Of a DNA stretch of 64,000 bases, positions 1 through 9,138 are shown in pieces. Source of the stretch: Candidatus Polarisedimenticola svalbardensis (GTDB lineage Bacteria; Acidobacteriota; Polarisedimenticolia; Polarisedimenticolales; Polarisedimenticolaceae); NCBI GenBank assembly GCA_014764515.1, contig JACXWD010000014.1:122-64121 (forward strand), written 5' to 3'. Made by a program: the position numbers and the translations under genes. How positions within the stretch are numbered: the first letter of the stretch is position 1; each line of letters begins with the position of its first letter. The notes below the pieces were generated by a model. It saw only the letters and a program-made list of their open reading frames with translations, ran no database searches and had not been told where the DNA came from.

Positions 1-2
1 GC

Positions 3-1211
3 AAGGGGATCCGCCTTGAAGAGGAGTTCACCTCCGAGGACGAGGGTGGCCGCAAGATCCTGCGGACCCGGGCCGGCCTGGGATCCGGCCTGGAGGCGGT
101 CCTTCCCGGCGGTCTCTGGACCAACATCCCGGTGGTGGAGTCGTTCGCGGCCTCATCGCCCTACTACGTCGGTGTCAGGGAAGGGACCGTCTGGATCAAC
201 CATGATGACCTGGGTCCTGTGACACCGATCCGGCTGGCCCCCAAGCCGCCCTGGTACGATCGGAAAACCACCACGGGCAAGCCGATGACCCGGATCGGTA
301 GTCTGCAGGGCACCTATCTCGGTGTGTACCCGTCCAAGGTATGCGAGTACTGGCTGGAAGATCCCAAGGAGCAGTGCCGCTACTGCAGCGTCGGGCTCAA
401 TCTCGGCGCCGATGACGCCGACGAGAAATCGGTAGCCGAAGTAGCCGAAGTGGTCCGAACCGCCCGTGAAGAGTCGGGAATCACCTACGTTGACTTCAAC
501 ACGGGGCATTACGAAGGGGAAACCTTCCTGGATATCCTCGAACCGTACATCCGGAGAGTGAAAGAAGAAACCGGTGTGCTGATCGGCGTCCAGACGCCTC
601 CCCACAGCGATCTGAAGCGATACCACGAACTGCGCAAGATGGGCGTCAACCGCGTCTCGTTCTGTTTCGAGTTGTACAATCGGGAGCGGTTCGAAACGGT
701 TTGTCCCGGGAAACACCGGGAATACGGGCTGGACCGTTACCTGGAAGCGGTTGAGTACTGCGCCAACGAAGTCGGACCAACCGGTCGGGATTTCGAGCCC
801 TGGGTCGTGAACGGCGAAATCATCGCCGGGCTGGAGGAGCCCCAGGACTCCATCGATGCCATCGACTGGATCACCGGCGTCGGGGCGGTGCCGACAGTCT
901 GCGTGTTCCGCCCTCTGATCGGCACCGATTATGCCGATGTACCGCCGCCCAAGACCGAGGACATGGTGCCTGTGTTCAGCCGCCTGTATGAAGCCTGCAT
1001 GGAAAAAGGGGTGCCGATCGGCGTGGCGCCCAACGTGCACGTCTCCCTGGTCATGCTGCCGCGGGAAGCCCGGATGCTCCAGGACAACCCGAACCGGTTC
1101 TGGATGCAGGAACTGAAACTCAAGGCGATGTCCAAGGCGTTCGGCGTCCGGTTCAACCGGGAGCTGAAGAAGGCCGTGGCATCCCGTCCGGTCTATGCCT
1201 CCCAGGTCTGA
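3..1211 (+). CDS. Radical SAM-like Fe-S enzyme, 5' end cut by the window edge (resembles the MSMEG_0568-type radical SAM family)
   Basis: The frame is open from nt 3 (KGIRLEEEFTSEDEGG...), so the GTG at 132 in the ORF track is probably internal. Cys triad VCEYWLEDPKEQCRYC (C-x10-C-x2-C, nt 342-386) is followed by TIM-barrel-like segments (ITYVDFNTG, GVNRVSFCFE). The family assignment is from memory, not a search. Confidence 0.6.
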   Translation, partial: KGIRLEEEFTSEDEGGRKILRTRAGLGSGLEAVLPGGLWTNIPVVESFAASSPYYVGVREGTVWINHDDLGPVTPIRLAPKPPWYDRKTTTGKPMTRIGSLQGTYLGVYPSKVCEYWLEDPKEQCRYCSVGLNLGADDADEKSVAEVAEVVRTAREESGITYVDFNTGHYEGETFLDILEPYIRRVKEETGVLIGVQTPPHSDLKRYHELRKMGVNRVSFCFELYNRERFETVCPGKHREYGLDRYLEAVEYCANEVGPTGRDFEPWVVNGEIIAGLEEPQDSIDAIDWITGVGAVPTVCVFRPLIGTDYADVPPPKTEDMVPVFSRLYEACMEKGVPIGVAPNVHVSLVMLPREARMLQDNPNRFWMQELKLKAMSKAFGVRFNRELKKAVASRPVYASQV

Positions 1212-2191
1212 AGGATCTGCACGTAATTCGTCCTCTCGTACTCCCTCGGGTTGGGGCAGCGTGACAGGTTCATGCTGCCGCACATCTGCGCAACAGATTC
1301 GTACTCGTGCTCCTCAAGCCACTCGGTGAAACCGGCCTTCAGCGTTCCCAGGTAGCCCGGCCCTTTCTGCAGCAGTGCCGAGACGACCTGAACCGTATGG
1401 GCGCCGCACATCACCGCCTTCACCGCATCGTGGACATGGTGGACGCCTCCGGTAGCCGCCAGGGATCCCTTGAACGTGGATGAGAGCACCGCCAGCCAGC
1501 GCAGCCGCAGCAGCAGCTCGGACGAATCGGACAGGTGCAGCCCACGGGTGACCTCCAGGTTCTCGATATCCACATCGGCCTGGTAGAACCGGTTGAACAG
1601 CACCAACCCATCGGCGCCGGCCTCTTCGAGGAGCCGTGCGAGGTGGGGCAGGGATGAGTAGAACGGTGAGAGCTTTACCGCGACAGGAATCTTGACCCGG
1701 GACTTCACCGCCCTGACGATGTCCAGGACATGGAGTTCCTTGCCGCTGCCGCTCTCGGCAGGATCGCACGCCATCTCGTACAGGTTCAACTCCATGGCAT
1801 CGGCGCCGGCCTGTTCCATCAGGACGGCGTACTCCAGCCAGCCGCCACGGGAGGTGCCGTTCAGGGATCCGATCACCGGCACGGACAGTGACGCTTTCAT
1901 CCAGCGCAGATGCTCGAGGTACTCCTCCGGCCCCAGCCGGAAAACATCCCGTGTCAGGGACGGCGCGAAGGTTGTGGCCTCTGCGGTTGAGTTCTCGTGG
2001 GTGTCCAGGTAGCGGGCCGAACCGCTTTCCTCGTTGTCGAGCTGCTCCTCGAACAGCGAGGGCAGGACGATGGCGGCTGCGCCGGCGTCTTCCAGGCGCC
2101 GGACCGAGTCCCGGTCCGCCGAGAGAGGGGATGCGCCCGGCATGAGCGGGTGGCTGAGTTCAAATCCGAGGTAGTTGGTTTTCAGGTTCAT
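1193..2191 (-). CDS. Dihydroorotate dehydrogenase-like FMN TIM-barrel protein of the kind found next to PFOR genes
   Basis: 332-aa ORF with class-1 DHOD-like segments (VIGSLNG, IPVAVKLSPF, GLVLFNR, LAATGGV). It starts 9 nt after the nifJ stop on the same strand, so it is likely co-transcribed. Confidence 0.8.
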   Translation of the reverse strand: MNLKTNYLGFELSHPLMPGASPLSADRDSVRRLEDAGAAAIVLPSLFEEQLDNEESGSARYLDTHENSTAEATTFAPSLTRDVFRLGPEEYLEHLRWMKASLSVPVIGSLNGTSRGGWLEYAVLMEQAGADAMELNLYEMACDPAESGSGKELHVLDIVRAVKSRVKIPVAVKLSPFYSSLPHLARLLEEAGADGLVLFNRFYQADVDIENLEVTRGLHLSDSSELLLRLRWLAVLSSTFKGSLAATGGVHHVHDAVKAVMCGAHTVQVVSALLQKGPGYLGTLKAGFTEWLEEHEYESVAQMCGSMNLSRCPNPREYERTNYVQILQTWEA

Positions 2192-2200
2192 GATGACCTC

Positions 2201-5200
2201 TTACTCCTTGCCGCGGCTGCCGGCGCCGACAGGCTTCCGGTCTTCTTTGTCGTCGCCTTGGGGGATGGTGATACCGGCCAATTGCTCATAGACCGAGTAT
2301 TGCCGCATTGCCTGTATCTGGGCTCTGCGGGCCAGGTGATCGTAGCGCTCCGGATTCATCTTCTGCACCATCCGGAACCGCGCCTCGTTGTTCATGAAGG
2401 CCGAGACCGGAAGTTTCGGCTTGCCGGAATCTAGGGCAAGGGGCGGCATGCCCTGGTCCACCCGCCGGGGATCGAAGCGGTACAACGGCCAGTAGCCGCT
2501 GTTGACCGCCGTCTTCTGCTGGTCGAGGCTGTGGACCAGGTTGTAGCCGTGGGCGATGCACGGACTGTAGGCGATGATCAGCGACGGACCGTCGAAGGAA
2601 TCGGCTTCCAGGAACGCCTTGACCGTCTGGGTGTCCTTGGCGCCGAATGCGACCCGCGCCACGTAGACGTGCCCGTAGCTCATCGCCTCCATGCCCAGGT
2701 CTTTCTTGGGGATCGCCTTGCCGGCAATGGCGAACTTGGCCGAGGCGCCCAGGGGGGTTGCCTTGGATTGCTGGCCTCCGGTGTTGGAGTACACCTCGGT
2801 GTCCAGGACCAGGATGTTGACGTTGCGATCCATCGCCATGACATGGTCCAGGCCGCCATACCCGATGTCATAGGCCCAGCCGTCGCCGCCGACCAGCCAG
2901 ATCGATTTCTTCACCAGGTAATCGGCCAGAACCGCCAGCCGGACTGCATCCGGGTGATCGGAGCCGGCCAGTTTGCCGGCCAGTTCCAGAACCCGGGCCC
3001 TCTGGGCGGCGATGCCGGCCTCGTCGGACTGTTCCGCGTTCAGAAGTCCGTCCACCAGGTTGTCGCCGATGGTGCCGTCGAGCTCTTTCAGCAGATAACG
3101 GGCCTGCTCTTCATGTTTGTCCACCGCCAGCCGGAACCCGAATCCGAATTCGGCGTTGTCCTCGAACAGCGAGTTGGACCAGGCTGGCCCTCTGCCGTCA
3201 CTGTTTACCGTGTACGGCGTGGTCGGCAGGTTGCCGCCATAGATCGACGAGCAGCCGGTGGCGTTGGCGATCAGCGCCCGGTCGCCGAACAGCTGGGTGA
3301 GCAGCTTGACGTAAGGTGTTTCGCCGCAGCCGGAACATGCGCCGGAGTATTCAAACAGCGGCTCAAGGAACTGGGTCCCTTTCACGTCCAGTTTGACCTG
3401 CGTGCGGTCCGCTTCCGGGAGGTCGAGGAAGAAGGAATAGCTCTCCCGTTCCTGCCGGACGTGCTCCATGTGGGGTTCCATGTTGATCGACCTGTGCTTC
3501 GGGTTGGCCTTGTCCTTGGCAGGGCAGACCTCCACGCAGAGGGCGCACCCGGTACAGTCCTCAGGGGCGACCTGAATGGAGTAAGCCGAATCGCTGAACG
3601 CCGCTCCCTTGAAGCCGGTGGAGCGGAACCCCTCCGGCGCGCCGCCCAGGGCGTCCAGGGGGTAAACCTTGGCCCGGATCGCCGCGTGGGGGCAGACCAT
3701 GGCGCACTTGTTGCACTGAATGCAGATGCTCTCGTCCCAGATCGGGATCTCCTGGGCGATGTTGCGCTTTTCCCATTTGCTGGTCCCGACCGGCCAGGTG
3801 CCGTCCACCGGGAACGCGCTGACCGGCAGCAGGTCGCCTTTACCTTCCAGCATGACGGCGGTGACCCGCCGGACGAAATCCGGAGCCTCCGGCGCAACCA
3901 CCGGTGGCCGGGTGCGGTCCGTTGTGACCTTCCCGGGTATCTCGACCTTGTGCAGGTGGGACAGGGCGGTGTCCACCGCCTCGAAATTCTTCTTGACGAT
4001 GCCGGCGCCTTTGTTGCCGTAGGTTTTTTCGATGGCGTTCTTGATCTGCTGGATCGCTTCGTCCCGGGGGAGCACCCCTGAAATGGCGAAAAAGCAGGTC
4101 TGCATGATGGTGTTGATCCGGTTGCCCATGCCGGCGTCTTTCGCCACCGCGTAGGCGTCGATGGTGTAGAACTGGATATCCTTTTCCAGGATCTGTTCCT
4201 GCATTTCCTTCGGAATCCGGTCCCAGACCTCTTCCTTCGGGTACGGGGCGTTCAGAAGGAATACCGATCCAGGCGCCGAATACGACAGGACGTCATAGGT
4301 GTCCAGGAACCCGAACTGGTGGCAGGCGACGAAGTTCGCCTTGCGGATGAGGTACGTGGAGCGGATCGGGTCCGGCCCGAACCGCAGATGGGAGATGGTG
4401 ACCGCTCCCGATTTCTTGGAGTCATAGACAAAATAGCCCTGTGCGTAGTTGTCGGTCCCTTCGCCGATAATCTTGATGGAGTTCTTGTTGGCTCCCACGG
4501 TGCCGTCGGCGCCCAGGCCGAAGAAAACGCCCCGGGTCACCTTGTCCGGCTCGATGTCGAAGCTGCCGTCTACATCAAGGGACGTATGGGTGACATCGTC
4601 CACGATCCCGACGGTGAAATGGTTCTTGGGTTTGTCTTTGGCCAGTTCGTCGTACACCGCCTTCACCATGGCCGGGTTGAACTCCTTGGAGGAGAGTCCG
4701 TAACGGCCGCCGATCACACGAGGTGAAGTCTTGAACGGCGAGTCGCCGGTGTCTTCGAGTTCCCTCAGGGCGGTGATGACGTCCAGGTACATCGGATCGC
4801 CGATCGCTCCAGGCTCCTTGGTGCGGTCCAGCACCGCCATGGAGCGGACGGTGGCGGGCAGGGCGGCGGCGAAGCCGCTCAACGAGAACGGCCGGTAAAG
4901 CCGCACCTTCAGGAGGCCGACCTTCTCACCGGCAGCCCTGAGGTACTCCACCGTTTCCTCGGCGGTCTCGGCTCCACTGCCCATCATGACGATGACCCGA
5001 TCAGCATCCGGGTCTCCGACGTAATCGAACAGGTTGTACTGTCGCCCGGTCCGGGCGGCGAACTGATCCATGGTCTTCTGGACGATATCCGGACAGTTCA
5101 GGTAGAAAAGATTGCACGCTTCCCGGGCCTGGAAGAACGCATCCGGGTTCTGGGCCGTTCCCCGCAGAACAGGATGATCCGGCGAAAGCGCCCGCTCACG

Positions 5201-5812
5201 ATGCGCCTTCACCAGGTCGTCATCGATCATGAACCGGAGGTCGTCATCGGAGAGTTCGATGATCTTGGAAACCTCGTGAGAGATGCGGAAGCCGTCGAAG
5301 AAGTGCAGGAACGGCACCCGGGCTTCCAGGGTGGCCGCCTGGCCGATGCAGGCGAAATCATGTGCTTCCTGGACCGAGTTGGACGCAAGGAGGCCAAAGC
5401 CTGTCTGCCGACAGGCCATGACGTCCGAATGGTCCCCGAAGATCGACAGGGCATGGGTTGCTACCGTCCTGGCTGCAACATGCATGCAATAGGAGGTCAG
5501 CTCCCCGGCGATCTTGTACATGTTGGGGATCATCAGGAGCAGGCCCTGGGAGGCGGTGAAGGTGGTGCTCAGGGCGCCGGCCTGCAACGCACCATGAACC
5601 GCTCCCGAGGCGCCGCCTTCGGACTGCAGTTCGGACACCTCGGGAACGACGCCCCAGATGTTCGTCTTGCCTGCGGCGGCCCATTCGTCCGCTGCCTCTC
5701 CCATGTTGGAGGATGGCGTGATCGGGTAGATCGCGATGACTTCGTTGGTGCGGTGCGCGACGGAAGCGGTGGCTTCGTTGCCATCCACGGTAATTCTTCG
5801 TCTCTCGGGCAT
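2201..5812 (-). CDS. nifJ: Pyruvate:ferredoxin (flavodoxin) oxidoreductase, single-chain PFOR
   Basis: 1203-aa ORF. N-terminus ITVDGNEATASVAHR..IAIYPITPSS. Two 4Fe-4S ferredoxin motifs (CIQCNKCAMVCP, CTGCALCVEVCP). TPP-binding region GGDGWAYDIGYGGLDH. Confidence 0.97.
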   Translation of the reverse strand: MPERRRITVDGNEATASVAHRTNEVIAIYPITPSSNMGEAADEWAAAGKTNIWGVVPEVSELQSEGGASGAVHGALQAGALSTTFTASQGLLLMIPNMYKIAGELTSYCMHVAARTVATHALSIFGDHSDVMACRQTGFGLLASNSVQEAHDFACIGQAATLEARVPFLHFFDGFRISHEVSKIIELSDDDLRFMIDDDLVKAHRERALSPDHPVLRGTAQNPDAFFQAREACNLFYLNCPDIVQKTMDQFAARTGRQYNLFDYVGDPDADRVIVMMGSGAETAEETVEYLRAAGEKVGLLKVRLYRPFSLSGFAAALPATVRSMAVLDRTKEPGAIGDPMYLDVITALRELEDTGDSPFKTSPRVIGGRYGLSSKEFNPAMVKAVYDELAKDKPKNHFTVGIVDDVTHTSLDVDGSFDIEPDKVTRGVFFGLGADGTVGANKNSIKIIGEGTDNYAQGYFVYDSKKSGAVTISHLRFGPDPIRSTYLIRKANFVACHQFGFLDTYDVLSYSAPGSVFLLNAPYPKEEVWDRIPKEMQEQILEKDIQFYTIDAYAVAKDAGMGNRINTIMQTCFFAISGVLPRDEAIQQIKNAIEKTYGNKGAGIVKKNFEAVDTALSHLHKVEIPGKVTTDRTRPPVVAPEAPDFVRRVTAVMLEGKGDLLPVSAFPVDGTWPVGTSKWEKRNIAQEIPIWDESICIQCNKCAMVCPHAAIRAKVYPLDALGGAPEGFRSTGFKGAAFSDSAYSIQVAPEDCTGCALCVEVCPAKDKANPKHRSINMEPHMEHVRQERESYSFFLDLPEADRTQVKLDVKGTQFLEPLFEYSGACSGCGETPYVKLLTQLFGDRALIANATGCSSIYGGNLPTTPYTVNSDGRGPAWSNSLFEDNAEFGFGFRLAVDKHEEQARYLLKELDGTIGDNLVDGLLNAEQSDEAGIAAQRARVLELAGKLAGSDHPDAVRLAVLADYLVKKSIWLVGGDGWAYDIGYGGLDHVMAMDRNVNILVLDTEVYSNTGGQQSKATPLGASAKFAIAGKAIPKKDLGMEAMSYGHVYVARVAFGAKDTQTVKAFLEADSFDGPSLIIAYSPCIAHGYNLVHSLDQQKTAVNSGYWPLYRFDPRRVDQGMPPLALDSGKPKLPVSAFMNNEARFRMVQKMNPERYDHLARRAQIQAMRQYSVYEQLAGITIPQGDDKEDRKPVGAGSRGKE

Positions 5813-5836
5813 TGCGCTCTCCTCATCGGATCAGCG

Positions 5837-5870
5837 TTCCCGCACGAAGGGTGATTCAGCCGTGCGGGAA
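5837..5870 (-). promoter_or_regulatory. Intercistronic stem-loop between the ALDH gene and nifJ (possible terminator, attenuator or mRNA-stabilising hairpin)
   Basis: Perfect 10-bp inverted repeat TTCCCGCACG (5837-5846) / CGTGCGGGAA (5861-5870) with a 14-nt loop. No U-tract follows on the minus strand. It lies about 25 nt upstream of the nifJ start. Confidence 0.3.
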
Positions 5871-5934
5871 ACTGTCCAAACGGATCAGTTCAATCAGCAC
5901 GGATGGTACCGCTCCCGGCCCTAGAAATCCCGTG

Positions 5935-7503
5935 TCATCTGGAGTGGAACTCTCCACAGAGTTTGTCTACCATCGGCCGGCTTCCCTGGACCGCAACAGG
6001 CTGGGAATAGAGGGCGATTCCGCGCAATCCGCCCAGCTCTTCTCCGCCTCCCGCCCGCCCTGGGCCGCCGTGGAGAGACTGGGGAAGGGCCACGCCGGAG
6101 CCTGGCGCCTGATCGGCCATTTTCTTGGATCCCAGGTATAGACGACCGGTGAACGCGCCGGTCTCCGCAGTGAAGGATTCCACGAACTCCTGGTCGTCGC
6201 AGTACAGAGAGGTCACCAGGGTCCCGCCGGCCATAGCCACCAGCCGGGATGCTTCCGCAGGGCTGCCGTCGTACGGCATCAGGGTGGCCACAGGGCCGAA
6301 CACCTCGTGCTGGTGCAGGGTGGGGGAGCCGGCAGGGTCTCCGGCTTCCAGAAGGACCGGCGCCATGTAAAAGCCGGTGCCGGGCTCGGCCCCCACGCCG
6401 TCGCACCTTTCTCCGGTGCCGAACACCAGTTCGGCCGATTCCCGGAGGAGCGCGATGCCGTTCACCGCATCCTGCAACTGGTCGGCAGTGGACAGCGGTC
6501 CCATATTGACCGAGCTGTCTGCCGGGTTGCCGACCACGATGCCGGACAGCCGGTCGCACAACGCCTCCCGGACCGATGCCAGGCGATCGGAAGGGACCAT
6601 GATCCTCCGGACGGCAGTGCACTTCTGGCCTGTCTTCTGGGTCATCTCCCGGAACACATCAGCCAGGAACAGGTCCCAGGTGTCCGAGTCGTCGGAGACC
6701 CCTGGTCCGAGTACGGCAGCGTTCAGGCTGTCGGCTTCCAGGTTGGCCCGGGTGTTGGAGCTGAGGAGATTGGGATAGCTCCGCAGTTTCAGCGCCGTGT
6801 CCGCCGAGCCGGTGAACGCAAGAACATCCTGGCCGCCCAGCAGGGAGAGCAGGTCACCGGTGGATCCGCAGATCAGGGACATAGCTCCCTGCGGCAGGAT
6901 ACCGGCCTCATGGATGATCTCGATGCAACGCTCGGTGACCAGAGCGGTGGAAGTGGCCGGTTTGGTGATAACCGGCATGCCGGCCAGGATCGCCTGGGCC
7001 GCCTTTTCCGCGAATCCCCAGGCGGGGAAGTTGAAGGCGTTGATATGGACCGCCACGCCTTGCCGGGGAACCAGCAGGTGCCGGCCCCAAAAACGAGCGG
7101 TGCGACCCAGTTGCATGCCGCCGTCCAGGGAAACGAATCTGGCGTCTCCACCGTCCCGAGCCAGGGAAGCGTAGTAGGCGAGTGTGCCGGTTGCTCCGTC
7201 CAGGTCGAATTTTGCATCTTTCCGTGTGGCACCGGAATTCAGGAGTGACAGGGCGATCAGTTCGTCCCGGTGCTGGTGGATGGCCCTGGAAACTTCTTTC
7301 AGAAGTTCTCCCCGTCGTGCCACGGTCAAGGCGCGGAGGGCCGGGCCTCCGGTGTCCCGGGCGAATGCGTAGGCCGCAGGAAAGTCGATCCCTGCGGAGG
7401 AAGCCCGGGCCACGGTCTCTCCGTTGGACGGATTGACCAGATTGGCGAAGCCGGAATCGGCTTCGTGCCATCGTCCCTGGACGAGACTTTTCAAGGTTTT
7501 CAT
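5935..7503 (-). CDS. Aldehyde dehydrogenase of the PaaZ-N-terminal / PaaN / BoxD type (3,4-dehydroadipyl-CoA semialdehyde dehydrogenase-like)
   Basis: Start moved to ATG at 7503 (MKTLKSLVQGRWHE, GGAG upstream). Segments GVAVHINAFNFPAWG, LEADSLN, GQKCTAVRR and HGGPGRAGGGEELGG match my recollection of the E. coli PaaZ aldehyde dehydrogenase half. No hydratase domain is present. Confidence 0.75.
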   Translation of the reverse strand: MKTLKSLVQGRWHEADSGFANLVNPSNGETVARASSAGIDFPAAYAFARDTGGPALRALTVARRGELLKEVSRAIHQHRDELIALSLLNSGATRKDAKFDLDGATGTLAYYASLARDGGDARFVSLDGGMQLGRTARFWGRHLLVPRQGVAVHINAFNFPAWGFAEKAAQAILAGMPVITKPATSTALVTERCIEIIHEAGILPQGAMSLICGSTGDLLSLLGGQDVLAFTGSADTALKLRSYPNLLSSNTRANLEADSLNAAVLGPGVSDDSDTWDLFLADVFREMTQKTGQKCTAVRRIMVPSDRLASVREALCDRLSGIVVGNPADSSVNMGPLSTADQLQDAVNGIALLRESAELVFGTGERCDGVGAEPGTGFYMAPVLLEAGDPAGSPTLHQHEVFGPVATLMPYDGSPAEASRLVAMAGGTLVTSLYCDDQEFVESFTAETGAFTGRLYLGSKKMADQAPGSGVALPQSLHGGPGRAGGGEELGGLRGIALYSQPVAVQGSRPMVDKLCGEFHSR

Positions 7504-7529
7504 AGGTGGTACACTCCAGAAACAGGTGA

Positions 7530-7553
7530 GGACAAGGTTCAATTAAAGACGTT
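7530..7553 (+). promoter_or_regulatory. Candidate ECF-type promoter upstream of the sigma factor gene
   Basis: GGACA (7530-7534), 16 nt, then GTT (7551-7553), about 36 nt before the GTG start. It resembles ECF GGAAC/GGAAT ... (C)GTT promoters, but the -35 is imperfect and the spacing is shorter than the SigR N18 consensus. Confidence 0.2.
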
Positions 7554-7589
7554 ACCGGTCCGTTTCGCAAGCCGAAGGATGTCACGATC

Positions 7590-8177
7590 GTGGACAACGC
7601 CGAACTCCTGAGGAAAATCCGCGATGATGAGCCCGGCGCTTTTGAGGCGTTTGTAGACCGATTCGGGGACCGGATTTACGGGTTCGGGGTGCGGATGTGC
7701 GGCGAGAGAGAGGATGCCAGGGACGTGGCTCAGGACACGCTTCTGCAGGCTTACCGATCCCTCAAGAAGCTGAAACACCCTGAGGCCCTGAGATCCTGGG
7801 TGTTCCGGGTGGTCTCCAACGCCTGCCTGATGAAACGGCGGAAGGGAAACTACCAGACCAACCGGGAGATCCCGTTGGAGGATCTCATGCCCGGGGAAAG
7901 CGAGGATTTCAGCGCCGCCATCCCGGATCCGGCGCCTGGGGCCGACGAAGAACTGGTCCTCTCCGAGACCAGGGAAGCGGTCCGGGCCGCCATCGATCTC
8001 CTGCCGCCGCACTATCGCATGGTGTTGATGCTCAGGGACATGGAGCATTTTTCCACCCGGGAAGCGTCGGAAATCCTCGACATCCCCGAGAGTACGGTCA
8101 AGATGCGTCTTCACAGGGCCAGGTTGATGGTTCGGGGGGAGCTGGCCGGCTCTGAGGCCGGAAATGGGCAGCGATGA
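7590..8177 (+). CDS. ECF (group 4) RNA polymerase sigma-70 family factor
   Basis: 195-aa ORF. Region 2 (DARDVAQDTLLQAYRSL...WVFRVVSNACLMKRR) and region 4 (REASEILDIPESTVKMRLHRAR). The stop overlaps the anti-sigma start (ATGA). Confidence 0.9.
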   Translation: MDNAELLRKIRDDEPGAFEAFVDRFGDRIYGFGVRMCGEREDARDVAQDTLLQAYRSLKKLKHPEALRSWVFRVVSNACLMKRRKGNYQTNREIPLEDLMPGESEDFSAAIPDPAPGADEELVLSETREAVRAAIDLLPPHYRMVLMLRDMEHFSTREASEILDIPESTVKMRLHRARLMVRGELAGSEAGNGQR

Positions 8178-8440
8178 CTCACCATGACCACGACCGTCGC
8201 GAATGCCGGTCGTTGTTCGAACAGCTTTCCGAGTACATGGACGGCGAACTCAGGGAGAGCGCCTGCAGCCGGTTCGACGAGCATTTCCGGGATTGCCCTC
8301 GTTGTGAACAGTTCGTGGAACAGATGCGCAAGGCTGTGCGACTGGTTGAGGGTATGCCCTGCCCGAAACTCCCCGATGAGGTTCGTCGCGCTCTGCTGGC
8401 CTCCGCAGAAGCGTTGGATGACAGCGCGAATCCCTCCTGA
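8174..8440 (+). CDS. rsrA: Soluble zinc-binding anti-sigma factor (ZAS family), RsrA-like
   Basis: 88 aa with no TM segment. HxxxCxxC motif (H37-FRD-C41-PR-C44) plus C11 and C31, the same numbering as the Zn ligands and redox cysteines of S. coelicolor RsrA. Translationally coupled to the sigma gene. Confidence 0.7.
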   Translation: MTHHDHDRRECRSLFEQLSEYMDGELRESACSRFDEHFRDCPRCEQFVEQMRKAVRLVEGMPCPKLPDEVRRALLASAEALDDSANPS

Positions 8441-8527
8441 AAAGCAGGTTTTTCTCCAATCCGTATCCTTTTGCGAGGTGATTGCATCCAGGAAAGTGCA
8501 ATCGCATTCCAAGGAGGACGCACAACC

Positions 8528-8725
8528 ATGAATCGATTTGGAGTCAACACCTGGCTGCGGCTGATCGCAGGCTTTTTCATTCTGCTGTCGGTACTGCTGG
8601 GCTACACTGTGGACACGCGGTTTTACCTGTTTACAGCATTTGTCGGCTTGAACCTGTTCCAGTCCGCATTTACCGGCTGGTGCCCGATGATGACGCTGCT
8701 GCGCAGAATGGGCGTTCCCGCCTGA
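8528..8725 (+). CDS. DUF2892 (YgaP-like) small membrane protein
   Basis: Start moved to ATG 8528, preceded by AAGGAGG. Two hydrophobic helices and a C-terminal GWCPMMTLL motif typical of DUF2892. Confidence 0.7.
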   Translation: MNRFGVNTWLRLIAGFFILLSVLLGYTVDTRFYLFTAFVGLNLFQSAFTGWCPMMTLLRRMGVPA

Positions 8726-8735
8726 GGAGTTCCGG

Positions 8736-9128
8736 ATGACACCGAACGTCAGCAAGACCGTCAATATTGATTACGAAGAAGCGGTTCGGCAGGCCAGGGA
8801 AGCCCTGGCGGCCAACGGCTTCGGTATCCTCACCGAGATAGACGTCAAGGCGACGCTGAAGGAGAAGATCGGTGTTGATTTCCAGCGCTATGTGATTCTC
8901 GGGGCCTGTGTGCCGACTCTGGCCCACCGGGCCATGACGGCGGTCCCCGAGGTCGGAGTATTCCTGCCCTGCAACGTAGTCGTACGGGAGACCGGGGAGG
9001 GAGAGTGTCGCATCGACGCGGTCAACGCCCGTTCCATGTCTACCATGTTGCCGGGATCGGATGAGTTGGAACAGGTCGCAGAGGAGGTTGCCGGACGGCT
9101 GGATGCGGTCTTGAAGGCGATCGGCTGA
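8736..9128 (+). CDS. DUF302 domain protein
   Basis: 130 aa. GFGILTEIDVKATLKEKIGVDFQRYVILGAC ... FLPCNVVV is the characteristic DUF302 core. Confidence 0.8.
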   Translation: MTPNVSKTVNIDYEEAVRQAREALAANGFGILTEIDVKATLKEKIGVDFQRYVILGACVPTLAHRAMTAVPEVGVFLPCNVVVRETGEGECRIDAVNARSMSTMLPGSDELEQVAEEVAGRLDAVLKAIG

Positions 9129-9138
9129 ACAACCGGTG

